Shown here: positions 37,654 through 51,993 of the stretch, piece by piece
Position numbering within the stretch: position 1 is the first letter of the stretch
How the letters are laid out: every line of letters begins with the position of its first letter
NCBI GenBank assembly: GCA_904063045.1
Contig: CAJFCJ010000008.1
Coordinates: 1,116,001 to 1,180,000 of the forward strand
Reading direction: 5' to 3'
DNA: 64,000 nt
Source: Dimorphilus gyrociliatus
Lineage: Eukaryota > Animalia > Annelida
The notes under the pieces: model-generated
What the model was told of the DNA's origin: nothing
What the model saw: the letters and a program-made list of their open reading frames with translations, nothing else
Databases searched by the model: none
Translations under genes and position numbers: made by a program

Positions 37654-39712
37654 AATATTATATTGCAATAATATAAGAAATAGCAATATAATAATTAGCG
37701 GCAGATGATAAAATTATATTATTGCAAGAGATTTTATGCTTTTTTAATAAGTAGTATGCTGAAGAATTCACTACTATATACTCGAATTTCTGTATTATTC
37801 AAAGTATTTTTTTAATTTATGACTTGATGGGCTTTTAAACATTATCAATTACCAATTAGTACGATTAGCTTTGAAGACAGTTAACACTACTAATAAAGTT
37901 ATTTTTAGGGAGGCAAGGTCATTCTTAAAATAAAGTCACTTGTGCACTCTGAATATCTAATTGATATTTTTTTAAATGTCCATAAGTGCTTCCAAATATT
38001 CATATTTTGGCACAACTGCTGGTTTGTATGTAAATTTTGTTCATAGGGGCGAAATATTTAACTCATTTATTGATACTATATATTTCAAAATTGACAATAG
38101 TAATATAGTCTATTAAACTAAAACCAGATACTTGGAGCCAAAAAAAAATCCTTTTAGGGTCAGCACAATGAATTAACTGGAGTCAGCAATGAAAACTATC
38201 TATCTAAGAAATCCTGTCATCAGTAAACAAAGAAGAAACTCATGAGAACGAAACAAATCGTAATCTCAGTAATTACGTTCTATAGGCATAAGCGAATATA
38301 ATAGATTGCCTATATTTTTGTCTGTTTCGGTAATATTCTTTCTACATTGCTGAATAATTACGCCTATCGCAGCTAGTCTAAAGGAAAAAATTAGAAATAT
38401 AATAAATCTTTCACGCATGACCATTTATCATTCTCTTATCGTTTTCTCTAACGTATATAGTAATAATCAATAAATTAGGCAGAATATCCTCTATACCCTC
38501 TTTCATTGAAACGTATCCGATTACATTTGCTTTTATTGAATTAACGTAGGAAAAGAAAAAGCAAATTAAGTGGAAGTAGAAAGACAATTCTCGTTGATAA
38601 ATTCATTAGATATACAATCTTTTACAGTCTTAAAGTTTTAAGATAATTGGAATTTTGCCGATCTTTATCTGTTAATAGGTTGGAAATTTATAGTAGAGAA
38701 AGGGCAGGCTGACGAGAATTGAGAAAAAGGGAGACGAAACCTTCTTATTATTCTTATATTAGTGAGCTGAATAATGAAATAATTTACATAATAAAATCTA
38801 GGCAAGTATATATCTATATATTTAGCTTTCTATTGAAATTGGGAAGTTTGTTTACTCAAGAATGACTTTCTTTTTTCCGGAAGAGATTGATAGAAAGTTA
38901 AAAGTAGGTGATTCATTGCTAAAAGGCGAAATTTCGAAAATAGAATGGACTTAAAAGTTTTCAATTTCAACTTGAATTAAATAGAACAGAATCCTCTGAA
39001 AACTAAGATGTTTTAAAAAGTAAAGCTTGTAAAAGGATGCATTACTTTTATTAAGGTTAAAAAATTTGTTGCCCCTATCAATAACTTAGTGGAGGCTGAA
39101 GGATATGCTGGATAATGAAAAATGTATTAGGATTATAAATGAATATGTGAATCGCCTATAAGGATATCTAAAAGACTCTTTATAATTAACTTTTCCTCCT
39201 AATTCCGCTCGTTTTACTCCTTTTCTATCTTTCCTACACATCTATCTATCTCTTTTTCTATCTCACTTTCTTTTATTTCATTCTCTCTATCTGATTCTCA
39301 ACTTACATTCTTTTTTTTGTTTGGTTCTTGCTTTAATAAGTTAGGTAAGTTGTCGAATGGAAAGAGAAAGTAAGAGAATATCATCCATCTGATTCGCAGA
39401 TTTGAGGTAGTGTAGATTTACCAGATGGCTGTGAATGCAGACAAGAAGCAGTTTCCTTTTCTAAAAAATCTCGTCTTATTACTCTAATAAGAATAGTCAG
39501 GCAGATTTGACGTATGAATAAAGTTTATTAATTCAAAGCTTCTTTCCTTTCAAGGAGACTATAATTAGTTGTTGAGATATGTAATTAATTGACTCTCATT
39601 TAGTAAATATTTGCATGCAATTTACTAAAAGTATTTTAACTATGATCAATTAGAGTAAATCATTAAAGTCTTTTCATCAAGCTTTTTAGTAAATCTGTAA
39701 GTAATAGAGAAA

Positions 39713-42251
39713 TTAGTCTTGATGCGAAGAGAATACCCGTCTAAACAGCCTATCAGTCATGGGAGAAGATTCTTTCAACGCCTTACGCTCGTTTAGTAAT
39801 TGTCTAAACAAAAGAGGAGAAAAAAGTGCTTTATATTATGTTATATAATTTATATTTAAGTATTTGTTTTAGTGTTAAATCATTATACAGAATCTAAACC
39901 AAATACAATAGCTCCATACCTTGCCATTAACCTGTGATGAACGTTTTCAGACTTGAGCGCGCTATTAATCAGTAACAGATTAAAGACGTCCCTCTATAAT
40001 AGATTACATAAAATTGATCAATTATTTATCTTAGAGAATGTATTGGAATTACTTGAGCATTACTTCCGCCTATTTTAATGATATCATATCTGATCGGAAG
40101 TAAGAAGTTAACTGCATCTTCAAAATTTCCGTTGTCGAACGAATCAATTGCTTTACAAACATTTAGTCCGACTTTTCGAATGCATTTGCCTTGGTAGTCT
40201 TCTGGATTCTCGCTAAAATTCATCAGTAGAATAAAAATAGACAAGAAAAGAAATAAGATGAGTAATTAATAGGAAATTGGAATAATAATGTGACTATTAC
40301 AACGAACGTTAAGAAGTTCTGCAATGATGTTAAGAAATCCTTTGCAACGTCTTTTTCTTTATTCGCAGAATAGCACATGAATAAATGGGAGTCATTAAAT
40401 GCTAAAGTATGGTCGCCATAGTGCTTATAACACGTTTCAAATAATTCCTCCCATCGTTTTCCCACTTTTTGTCCTTCTAACTCTAATCTGTATAATAGTG
40501 AACAAGCGTCGACAATATCTAGCATTGTCCCAGATTTAATTGATGCTGTACCAACAGCTGAATCATAAATATCCAATGCTGCTTGATATTCTCCCTAAAT
40601 TACGTAAATAATTAACAAATCAAATTTTACTTTATAGTATCCTATAGATGGCGTAGTTATTACAAAAATTTCGTTATTATATCAATTAAAAATACAAGAT
40701 TAAGAGAAAGGGGAAAACAAATTGTCACTTTTTAAAGCAAATTTATAAATAATTTACCACATATTCCTCGTTGTATGTCAAGAAAAATTTACCTTTTCTA
40801 TGTGATAAACAGCCCAATGCCAAAAATTGTGACAAGATAACATACCGCAAAACTATAAATAAAGAAGATATTAAATAGATTAGAATTTATTTTTAATTAT
40901 ATTTAAAATTTTTATCATTTGAATTCTTTTAAACTAACCGACCAATCAGTTACTGTTGAACTCATAAAACTTATGCCTTCAATCTGTCGCCCAGTCATCT
41001 CTAGAACGTGAGCAAGAGCATGAGTAGCCCAAGCATCTTTAGAATTTATTGACAAAGCGGTCTTGGCGGATTTTTCAGCGTCCGCATATAAATTAGTTTC
41101 ACACAGTCCGAACGCCAACATCCCGTGTAAATACCTTGAGAAGAGAAACATTGTAACAATGGTTTATCATTTAAAGTGTCTTGTTTTTTTTGTTACCCAT
41201 AGAGAGGAATACTTTTATTCCAAGAAGGAAATACTCTGGCTACTGAATCTCTCATTTTCCTCTGATAACCAAGATAAAAGTATGAATCATGCGCAAATTT
41301 CAAAGCGAGAATATCATTGGGATAATCTATTAAAATATCATCCCAAATATCGCAGGCCGTTTTCATAGATCCAGATGCGCATTGATTAATCGCTTTAATA
41401 TGACGCTCTTCCCAATTGTTAAGCGTCTTCCCACCAACAGTCTCGTTCATCAACAGTAATGACTTCCTTAAATTTTCATTATACTTAGGATGACTTCCAG
41501 TAGACATTATCTCAAGGCCATTTAGGAGAACATGGGACATAGCTGTCGAGTGAAATAATAATAATTTAAGGGATAGAAAGGTTTCTAGTGTAGAATGGAA
41601 GAGTACAGCAAAATATACAAGTACAGTGTATATCGTAGTTGATACGCAAGGATCACTTACGAAATACTTCATCTGCAGACAGCAATTTGTCTAAACAATT
41701 ATCCAAACCTCCAACAGAAGGATCATTGTACCAGCCGACATACTGTGGTGAATAGGATTACATAATACCATTATGTAATATTATATGTGTTATGTAATAG
41801 GTCATACCTGAGTGACAACGGCGTCGAATAGTTTAGCAGCTTCATTGCTGGTCGTTGATATTGGAAAATGTTCTTTCAATTCCTAAAAATAGCATATTTT
41901 TTCTAAACTATTTTTTATATTTTATCTATTTTTGAATAGAAGAATGCCTAATGAAAATATATCTTTCTCTTTTATAGCTTATTGAGCTACAATAACAATA
42001 TTTTTAAAAATTGTTTATCCTCTTAGCTATTAAATAGGATTTGGCGCCAGAAATTTGCAAATTTTAGGACCTCTGTGATTTTCTATTTATCAGATCACGT
42101 ATTTTTAAACTTTGACCTTGAATTACAATTGATTGTCTTTTGTTGGCTTCTACAATTCTAAATTCTCTAATCAAGATTTTTTTGTTGAATTAAAATCAGT
42201 TTAATGCTAAAATCTTACCTTACAATCCCTCCAATTTGTGTGTAAGCTCAT
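39713..42251 (-). CDS. TTC38: Tetratricopeptide repeat protein 38
   Basis: Spliced translation matches the TTC38 sequence pattern: [141 protein letters not shown]. Confidence 0.93.
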
Positions 42252-44691
42252 GTTTATCGTATTACTAAAAGAAATTGGTGACCTATTTTAATGTTAAATA
42301 TTTGTGAAAATATAATGTTCTCTATGTATATAACGCCATCTATCTCTTATTGAGAACATCAATTCAATGTTAAATTATGTAAAATGCTTGATTTGAATTC
42401 ATAAAAAATATATGGTATGTGTAGAATTAAATAAGCATTTGAATATATATTTATATAAAGATTAAGAAGAGTAATTAGATCAAATGAGCTAGAATTAGCA
42501 AATTTGGCTTTGCAACATGCTGTTCTAACAGCAAGTAATGAACTCTCTGCGAAAAAATTAACATATTTGATTTCACCACTGTTAAAGGCGATAAACGTGT
42601 TGAAGAGTTTCAATTAGACTACTCAGCAGTAGTAGAAAACAAAAAATTTTGTCGAAACAACATTTTGACTGTGAGTTAAACTCTGTGATCTAATCAAAAA
42701 ATCTAAATCCTGATCATGTCTTTTAAAGCCAGATTTCTTTAAGATATATTCAATTACGTCGTTAATTACATTGATGGTATCTTGAGCATAATAAATAAAA
42801 AGCGTATTTCCATCATTGGATTTATTGTTTGTCTTTCTCCGCCGTAATCTGTAATAAAAGAATATTAATCTTCATCTTTGTTTGTAGATGATGAAGGGAA
42901 AGCAAGGAATGATGCTAAAAGTGGTTCTATTTTTGAGGAAAAATAATAAATGTAATAATGTGGCTTTAATTAAATATATCAAGTTATATTTCATATAAGT
43001 CGCTTTAGCCTCACTTTTGAAACAATGAAATACCATAATCCAAAGAGACTATTCTGTGTTAATAAGTTTGGAATTTGTTGTTTTATAATCAATTGAGGGA
43101 AAAGTTAATAACTTATATCCGCTATTATCCACTTCATATAACAATATTAGATCCTTTAGAGCTGTCTAATATTATGACTGATGTTAGTTCTTTTGATAAA
43201 TTCAAATATCCTCTACTTACATATACTTTTATATATTTACATTAAAGAAATGCAGTTACCACCAATCTGTCCTTGTCATATCTCTCTTCCAAGACCAACT
43301 TTTTTCCTAAATCAATGCTCAACTAATTTTGTAGATTAATAATTTACAGAAAAATTGTTATATTATATTTATAATATGAATATACTTTGATAAAGTACTT
43401 GGCTTCTAAAATGAAATATCGAAGCTAGCTCCTTTAACATCTTTAACGTATAACGTGCATCTATACCTTTTTTAACAATATCACCTTTAATAATTAACTT
43501 GATAATCGTTTTGCTTTAATTGATCGCAGTGACTTTGGATGTCATCATTTCGTATTTAAAAAATATAATCCAAAGTAAATTGTTGTTCAATTCTACGTAT
43601 AATACATCAGAAGTATTACTAGTCGAACAGCATTAGGAAAGTTTGGTTTAATAAGATAGTTTGTGTTTGAAGGAGAGGATAATGGCTTTAAACTATACCA
43701 GCTTTTCCCTAATAGAGTTTTTCTTTGACTTTTTCAAATTTAATTGACGTAAAATTCAATTTTCGTAAAGGTTCGGACAATGCTAATTACATTAATAGTA
43801 GTAAATACTTATTCTGCCTCTAAGAAGAATAATTAATTAAAATAATATGAATATTCAATAAGCTGCTAATCGTATGCTCTGTCGTTCTTGACGGTTTGTA
43901 ATATTTCTAGACAGATTAATTGCTCGAAATTTCTTGGGGAGATATTGGTGTGAAACACAAAATTAATATTCTACTGATATTAAGACAAATTAAAGTAAAT
44001 AAAATATATATTTCATGGTATTAAATATTTTCATTAGATGAAGATGATCTCCTATCAAATTTTCCTTAAAACATATTTAGTAACTTCTTTCAACAATTTG
44101 AAAATACCGTATTTCACTAGTATTAGGAATGATATAAAGAATCGTTTTTGTTTTTTTTTGCTTTTGGCTAGTTTCTACTCCGAATTTAGTCGTTGAAACT
44201 AATATAATTGCTATTATTTATATAAAAAACGAATTAATTGATTAATAATTTAAAGGAGAAAGATACAAATGCATCTCCATAAATATGTAGTCAATTTGAA
44301 ATCTTTTCCACAATCTTAGATGATTTTCCCCCTAAATATTTTATTATTAGAAGTGTATAATTTAAAATGTAATACTTTCCTTTCGTTTTCTGAATGTTTA
44401 AGTGTACATTTATCAGGTGTTTATTGGATAGACAAGTAAATAAGATGATGATAGATTTAAATGTACATTTTACACACTTTTCCTATTTTTTTATCTCCCT
44501 TTTTTCTTCTTTTTTTCTCCTTCTAAGTTTATAGATGACAACTCAGTGAAATATACAAAAAACAAGAAAAATTTTTGAAATAATTTACAAATATGAAAGA
44601 AGAGAGAAATGCAGTAGATTTTAAGATAGAGTGAAGAAAAAAGGATTTGTAAGTGAAGGAAATTCATTTCACACAGTGAAAAAAGCTTAAG

Positions 44692-46660
44692 CTACTGCTT
44701 CTCTTCTTCATTCTTTTCTTCTGGTTCATCAGTGCTTCTATTTATTTCTACTCTAACTTGTTCATCTTCTTTCACTTGTTCATATTGAAAAACCTGAACA
44801 ACATTCTCTTTCTTATGCTTTCTCTTTTTTCTATATGATAATCTTGCGAAATCTCTTCTAACATCGACTCCAGCTGTACAGAAATCCACGTAACTTATAA
44901 TAATAACGGTAATCTCTTTTGCCATCATCAAAAATCCAATAGCCGACTTCCCATTGTACATATCAATCAATACGGCCCTTATTATTAAATAAGGAAAATT
45001 ATAGAAAGCAGCAAGGTATAATTTTCCATAGATAACTCCAATCTTATCAGCGTTAACGTCACTTTCGGCTGTATGAAATTCGTAGAGATAGTCAAGGCCT
45101 AGTAAGCATTGAAGAATGGTTGATCCAATTAAAGATAGACTTATGACAACGAGTATACAATTGGTTAAATGATTATGATCGACAAAGTAAAATGGCTTAT
45201 CCAAGAATTCATTAAAGAATTGAAAAACATCAACAAATGAGAGAAGAGCGTGCATAGCTAATTCTAAGGACGTCTTTAAATTATCGGCAGTTAATTCCTC
45301 AATATCGTCCAACATTAAAGCGGGCCAAACAAGAGTTAGTGGTATTATAGCTATTTGTAATAGGGTTAGCATCTGTAGAGAAAGTCATAAATATTTAAAT
45401 AATTTATTTAACTTTTTTGAATAAATTTTCATATTAATTTAATTTCTCTTTTGAGAATAATGAAAACCAATGGTGCAGGATTGAAAGATACTTACAACTC
45501 TTGTACTTCCTTTATCCTTTAATACCTTTTTATTAAGTCCATTCCGTTTAGGAACGAAGCTTACATGATCGGTAAAATTAACGCCGGCTTTCAGTAAATT
45601 CCTTCTAACTTCATCATGATGTTTACGTAGGACAATGAAAGAGTAAATAAATTGATCGTGTAGCGGAACTAAGCAATCGCAAAAGTGCTCATTCTCTTTC
45701 TCAACTGTCTTTAGATGCGGTAGAAGAAAAGATCCTTCCGGAAGGGCTTGAGAAAGCTTAGTGCATTCGCAAGTAGCATTAAGAGCCGAAGGATAACTAC
45801 CAACCATCAGGCGAATATCGATCCAACAATAAATTGATAGTTGGGTCGCGTAGAGAATGTTACTCAAGTAACTATAGAAAAAAATTGAAAATTTGATCTC
45901 AATATAGATAAATAATCCGCAAAAACAGAAAGTTCATGTCTTTTTTTAGATATTACTCACAAGAGAATTCTTATTCTTCTCTTTTTCGGACTTCGGTCTC
46001 TTCGAAATGTGGCGGGAAGTAGGATAAGAACTGTTGCTATGGTCGGTAAACCTTGAGCGGTCACCAACCATAAATTATAGACACCAGAGTATAACTCGTG
46101 CAAGACTTTCCACTAAAAATAATTAAATATCATTAGACTATTATTTTCATTTTTCAACAAAGTTATGTAATAAAAAGAAAGCAGGTGAATGAACAAGAGA
46201 AAAATAGTATTTAACGAACTCTATATAATATAGTGTATGTAATGAAAATAGGTTGAAAGATACAAATATATATGTATCTATTTATAAAGAAAGATGTACT
46301 GTACATCTGGGATAAATAGACTTCATATTTATGGAGTCTCTAGGGGATGATAAGGAGATATTCTGTGTTTTTTTTTGTTCTTAAATGAAAGTTTTATAGA
46401 AAGTTAATATAGTCTCTAATTGAAAATGTTATAACTTACTTGGGAATACATTAGCAAAGCCTCATGACAAATTATTAAATATAAGATGAATAACAAATAA
46501 CAAGAACAGCAAGTGGGATGACCATCTTCGTTACCCTGTGTTGTTCTCTTCTTTTCTGGAGGAATGATTGGTTTGAGAGCAACTTTTAACGGTTGAAAAT
46601 TTGTATCATCAGTTTTTTCATCAGCTTTAGAGAAGGTTTGCTTCGTCGGAGTTTGATTTT
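44692..46660 (-). CDS. Multi-pass membrane protein, TMEM26/TMEM121-like; exons about 46660-46440, 46112-45953, 45872-45499 and 45372-44692; start codon unresolved
   Basis: Four exons join in phase. Several hydrophobic helices, with family-like motifs LLSFVDVFQFF, YNFPYLIIRAVLI and FLMMAKEITVII, and a charged cytosolic tail. Confidence 0.55.
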
Positions 46661-48779
46661 CTAGGAAATAGAGAAAAAAAATTGTATTATAAAGATTCTA
46701 ATACTTTAGCCATTTCTTCTTATTAAGTTTTCCAAAATATATATTACTTTAATTAATTAAATGAACAAGGTAACCTTCGTATACAATTCTTCTAAATATA
46801 TAGAATATTTAAAGAAAAACAAATAAAAACATATTAAATTTAAGATAGGACAACCCTTGGAGACGGAGTATCGATCATTGTCAATAAAAATGATGATGTT
46901 TATATAAAAAAAATAACATACCAGTTACTAATAATAATTATATAAAGTTCCTGAAATGTTTATAAGGTAAAAAATTCATAGGAAAACGAACCGGTTATTG
47001 GGGATATCATATTATAATCATTTTTTAGAGGTAGTTGGAGTTTTCTTTTCACGTAGCAAGATTCCATGCTAAACACGATAAAGCAGAGCAGAATCCGAAC
47101 TGCCGCGATATCAATAGGAAAGTAAGCTCGTATCATGGGAATCTACTGCATATATTTATCCCATCTCAAAAAAATACCACTTTTTCTAATCGAAAAATAT
47201 TCTAAATCTACGTCAGTTTTAATTTTAATAATTAACGAATTAACTCTAGATTGTTATAATAATATATTTTTGTATTATATTTAACTAATTATCAATGGTG
47301 GGTAATTAATCTAATTTAAAAAGAAGAATAAAGAAATGTGTATGGGATAATTGTAAAAAGTTCGTTCCATTGAGAATCCCTGCTTAGGTTGCCAGACATG
47401 AATACCATTACGGAAAATTGCATTAATGGATAACTCGGAAGAGAGATGGCGCTAGAATAAAAAAAATACACAATATTTTTTTATTTTCATATTTTTGTCA
47501 TTTATAGTAAAAAAGATGACTTTTTCTTAACTTATTATTAAACTCTTATGTTTACTTTCATTTTTCATGCTAATTGCACATTTTTACTCTTCGAAATTAT
47601 ACAACAAGAATTTTAAACAATTTACTTTGTTACTTTGTTTTGGCATCTGTTGAAAGCTACAAATCACCAATTTAATGCATTTTTACAATCCCTTAAGAAA
47701 AGTTTTTGTTCTTGAAAATTATTTGTAAATATTGCACTGCAAAGTGTATTCAAAATGAAATATTGGCAATATAAAAGGAATACTTAGCAACAACAGAAAT
47801 CATATTCTGTTAATGTCAGGGAATTTCATAGTCAAATAACTTTATTCTATACGAATCGATTTTATTAAGTCATCGATAAAAGTTGAGATAGAAAAGCTCA
47901 AAAGGGAATCGTTATGTGGGGAAAAAGAGGGAAAGATAAGAATGTTTTAGTAAGGAGTATCGTCTAATGGCTACTCAGAAGTAATTATTTTTCAATAAAT
48001 AACTTTTAAAGTTAATCTAACGTGAAGTTAGGGGAGAGAACTTACAAGGCTCTTTATGTTTTGGATAGACAGGAAAGACGCTCAAAGCGATTGAAAACTG
48101 AAAAATGATCCTTAACAAAATAAAGACTAGATTAAATTGACAATGAAAAAGCTATCATTTATCGAGACAAACCTTCATATTTTGCAAAGTTTGCCGCACT
48201 GCCATAATTAGCCGTGGAATCTCTTTGTAGATATAGTCGAACGTTGCAGTCACAATTGTCTTGCATATTCTAAAGCCAACAAGGCAAATGGATGAAGCCG
48301 TCTAGATTGCTTTCAGACTTTGCAAACTGTGAAATTAGCCGTTGCAAAGCGACAGAGCGGGCAACTCTTTAATTCGTCTTTCGGTCAACGCATAAATTAT
48401 CTAGGCCTAAAAATATGAAAAAGAACAATTATTTACATAATTACATGTCATTCATTACTTGTAAATGTTTACAATGTTAAAGAATTAGAGAAGACGATAG
48501 TTATAGCCATCGTGTAAAATCTACGTAATTATAATTCGATTAGGAGGCTAGTTGTAGTAAGACGTGGCTTAGAAAATAACCGATAGCTAACTGATCATTA
48601 AAGATTTATCTATAAATTTCTATCAATTTATACTTAAGAGTAATAATTATATTCTTACTCACTTTTGACGTTGTCTCTTTTACAGTATCTGCTTACCAGT
48701 CACTCTCTTGCTTGTTTATGTCTCAGATTACGTCGGTGTCCTAGTGTCTCTACGCTTCCAGGCTGTCCTTGCCCCAACC

Positions 48780-48930
48780 TTTACCTCTCACTCTATCTTT
48801 CTCTATACCTCCTCCCTTTCTTATTCATTCACTTTTGTCCTACTGTCTTTCCCTCTTTCAGTCTCTCCCCTCGTTCTCTTTGGCTTTTTGTTTTCTCTGT
48901 CTCTGTCTCTCTGCCTCTCTCTGTCTCTGT

Positions 48931-48970
<40 letters not shown>
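48780..48970. repeat. CT-rich low-complexity tract ending in (CT)n
   Basis: Polypyrimidine tract with CT/CTGT units; it produces three spurious overlapping ORFs. Confidence 0.9.
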
Positions 48971-48971
<1 letters not shown>

Positions 48972-51900
48972 TCGGAGCGTTATGTTTCTATCAATGCTCT
49001 CTCTCCAGCCCACTATTCCTCTGGCTTTAACTTTTGCTCTTATTTTGCGGGGGTATAAAAAAAAACATTTCTAGTGATGGATTACATTTTATTTGCACAT
49101 ATTTCGCGTTGGCCATCATCCCAATAACCCAAATGTATTTGCAAACGTGACTCATATTTTTAGCTCTTCATGTTGATAAAAGCTTTAGTTGAAACATTAT
49201 TGCATGTATTCAATATATGCAGTTGTATATAGTTGTATATATGTTTATATATTAATGTATTGTTTAAAACCTATTTAATGCCATCAATACAATAGATAGA
49301 ACTGCTATAAAGTATTATCATAACTTGATAAGTATTTTATACTTAATTTTCTTATATGAGAATATAAATCATTTAAAGTATTTTAGAACTTTATTATCAA
49401 CATTAAATAAGAGAAAGTTGAATTTATTCTTTTGAATGAGAGGGAAACAGCTAAAAGAACTTTTTAATTGAATAACCTATAAGAATTTTCCATTAATAAA
49501 ACCTTTATTATTGTATTTAAATAAACAAGGGAAATTAAAAAAACAATATCTATTTTATATATATATATATACTGCCTAAGTCTTGTTTATTAGCATATTC
49601 CATTTACAAACTATACATGAACTGTACATGCAGTATTGGAATCTCTCTGTATTTAAATTTAATAAAAAGTAATGGAAATTGCTAATTCTATAATATTTAT
49701 CAAAGTGTCTTATTACATTTTAAGCTAGCTTAGTATTAAATATCAATTGAAAATTATTACTAGTTACAATTTTTAACATAAGTTTTATTGGAAAACTTTT
49801 ATATTAAAATCAATTAATCAATGACTTTATCAGTTAATTATTTCATTAAGGAAATTCTAGTCAAATGAGATAATTAATTAAGAAAATTTATTTGGATGTG
49901 TTTCTTTATTTTTCTTGTATTGAAACAAATAGAATCTAACAAAAAAGAGAAAGACTTTAAAGATTTTATTCAATTTAATTATGTTGCACAGAACTTCTAT
50001 AAATAGCTATCTTTACCCTAGAAAAAGAATTGGAGGAAGGAAGAAAGGATGGACAGAAGAGAAATTTGGAAATGAAAATTTGATAAATTGTAAATTAATA
50101 AGTTGAAGAATAAAGATTGTTTTTATGATATTTAATATCTTTATATATATAAATATATATTCATATATCTATAAAGACCTTGAGAAATATAAATGTTTAA
50201 TAAATCTGGTTATTTATCATCTAGTATGAACAGGATTAAAAGAAATACTATTTATAAAGTACATAAGTTTAAAAGAACTGCCTTTTACTTCGGTTTAAAA
50301 TGAGGTATGTTTTGGAGTCTCAATGTCGGTGCATTAGATTTCTGTTATAAAGTATAGAAATACAACGTATTGGTTTTGTAAATAAGAGTTGCATTTATAT
50401 TAGACTTTTCGGACCTCTTTTGATGGGAAAAGTCATCCAAAGCAAACAATACTAAAGTCCTTCCGACGTGAAATAATTCTCTCTTTATTCGCGACGCAGA
50501 TTTTTTCATATATATATATATATATTCTGTATATTGTTTATATCGTACATACTGTAAACTACAGAAAGAATATGGAAATCTGTATGTGATATTTTTTCAT
50601 TTATTAATATTTACTCTCAAAAAGTCAAGGTTCTATACAGCCTATCGAAATTAATTACTATCAAATGTAAACAATTTTCTATCTAGCTTAGAAAAGCTTT
50701 TGAATCCGTCGAATTCAATTTACCAGCTTTGAAACATTGTTTTCTGCCTCTGCCTGTCTGCTGTCTATCTATCTATCTATCTATCTATCTCTATCTATAT
50801 CTCATTCCTGTTGTAAATTATAATTTTTTCATTATTCTTTCAATACTGAAATTAAGGTGAACACGATTTTCTTTTTAGGCCTTTTAACTTAAAAATTTCG
50901 ATCAATAAAAAATCATCAATCCATCATGGCAGTAACTCCATACAGATGGCAGCACAAGGGGAAAAAATTATTATTCGTTCATATTTATTTTAAAGGATAC
51001 TCGTGGTAATACAATAATAATAGTAAAAATATTAAAAAAGCTATTTTTATACTACTGTAACAGACTATAACTGAACAACGCTATATATTATGATTCAATC
51101 TTAGGAATTGATAATAGGGACGAGTCAGTGAACTGTCAAAGGACTTTTAAAATTACCCCACACTCTCTTGTTTAACAAGATGAACGATTTAATGATATCA
51201 AATAGTACTGTAGTTGTAAATATACAAGTAAATGATATTTTATATAAAGATAATATATGCAATACACGCTAGATTTGTAAATAAATAGAAATCGACAATT
51301 GTTAAGTTTAATAACTATTGTACGTTTATTGAAAAAGTAAATTCTTTCTCTTTCTGTATAAATGAATCTAAATGCATATCATATATAAATATAAGAAAAA
51401 AAACCAAAATAAATCATTGAAAACTGTTTCAAAATCATGGTCAAAGCATTATAAATGTTTATATATTTAACTATTGAAGTAATTTTAACAAACTTCTTTC
51501 CACGATTTTAACTATTAAAAAAAATTGCAACAAATGAAATTATTAGTACTTTATATCAGTTACTTTGACCTCTGTACAAAAATATATTATCACAAATATA
51601 GCTTTTAATGAGCCCAATCTTTGGTTAATTGAAAGATATTTACATATCTCTCAAAAAGACAACAAAACATTTTACATACGTTACATATGTACGCAGTATA
51701 TTGTATAAATTGTATATAAATATACATATTCATATATATATATACAATATTTTTATGTCTTTTTTCATCATTTATATTTATATATGGCACGGATATAGTA
51801 TTTCTATTTTTTGTCTAGTAGATTCATATATAATCAATGATAAGAATAAAAAAGAAATCGCGTTCCGGGTAATTTACTTTGGTCTATCTCAAAACTGCAA

Positions 51901-51993
51901 AATAACGAATGAATGGATTAAAAGGTGATGTCTGTAATTTAATCATAAATCTTAGCAAATTGATGATATTTATAGTTACTTTAGTAGCTTACT

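Noticed and set aside
42359-42900. Possible gene head-to-head with TTC38
   Set aside because: Only short (about 50-85 codon) frames on both strands; I could not join them into a coherent model.
48665-49074. Three overlapping Leu/Ser-rich ORFs
   Set aside because: Derived from a CT-rich low-complexity tract.
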